A stretch of 64,000 nt of DNA, from contig NC_058368.1 in NCBI RefSeq assembly GCF_018350175.1, positions 199,270,001-199,334,000 on the forward strand, written 5' to 3'. Of the stretch, positions 63,691 through 64,000 are shown piece after piece. Source of the stretch: Felis catus (lineage: Eukaryota). The notes beneath the pieces are model-generated. The model was not told where the DNA came from. It was given only the letters and a program-made list of their open reading frames with translations, and ran no database searches. Within the stretch, counting starts at the first letter, position 1; each line of letters opens with the position of its first letter. Position numbers and translations under genes: made by a program.

Positions 63691-64000
63691 GTCAATTTTC
63701 TGCAAAAATTCAAACGTGGAGCAAGATATGTGTTTCTCTGACAAGTAAGCTATTAGTAACCTTGGTTTGTGTAAACCCCAACCAGCTTTGGGTGATTATG
63801 GAAATCCTATATGCCAGGCAGATGCCCCCTTTTTTTAATGTATTATTTTTTAAAAACTAATCTCTATGCTCAATGTGGAGCTCAAATTCCCAACCCCAAG
63901 ATCAAGAGTCACATGCTGTACTGATTGAGCCACCCAGGAGCCCCATAAGGGATCCCTATGTGATTTGAGGTAGGGTTTTGAGGAAGGATTCTCTCTGGAT

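Larger units (their letters stand above)
631..63944. mobile_element. Summary entry: about 65 dispersed Can-SINE copies and fragments across the window (about 1 per kb)
   Basis: Manual count of GGGG(C/T)(G/A)CCTGG(G/C)TGGCTCAG heads and their reverse complements. Most ORFs in the track (e.g. MAQSVKRPTSAQVMIS..., ETQNLKQAPGSELSA) are SINE translations. Confidence 0.9.

Noticed and set aside
631..63944. tRNA-like A/B boxes and recurring peptide motifs as tRNA genes, a gene family or a CRISPR-like array
   Set aside because: All are tRNA-derived Can-SINE copies with (CT)n linkers, A-tails and TSDs. They are irregularly spaced, with no cloverleaf gene or repeat-spacer periodicity.

Overview
Mammalian genomic DNA from a cat-family (felid) genome, judged from about 65 tRNA-derived Can-SINEs that include young SINEC_Fc-type copies. 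The only real protein-coding sequence is coding exon 1 of NDUFS4 on the minus strand (15480-15577; [33 protein letters not shown], the mitochondrial presequence). It has a TISU/YY1 element over the ATG and ETS(GABP)-type promoter sites. Positions 1-15479 are the start of its intron 1. The rest is upstream intergenic DNA; by human synteny it probably lies between NDUFS4 and FST, which is an inference. That region holds a disabled, intronless PPDPF processed pseudogene (about 50133-50892, minus) and layers of L1, L2, CR1/L3, MIR, MaLR/ERV LTRs and DNA-transposon MITEs. I found no new multi-gene system. The best second-look items are: a 40-bp mRNA 3'-end retrocopy inside a SINE; an old ~300-bp local duplication whose second copy carries a ~140-nt hairpin insertion; a ~9-kb SINE-free interval with an enhancer-like motif cluster; a chimeric ORF in the PPDPF retrocopy; closely spaced inverted young SINEs; and a two-LTR MaLR relic. 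Repeat subfamily names come from recalled consensus motifs and are approximate, as are most repeat boundaries.
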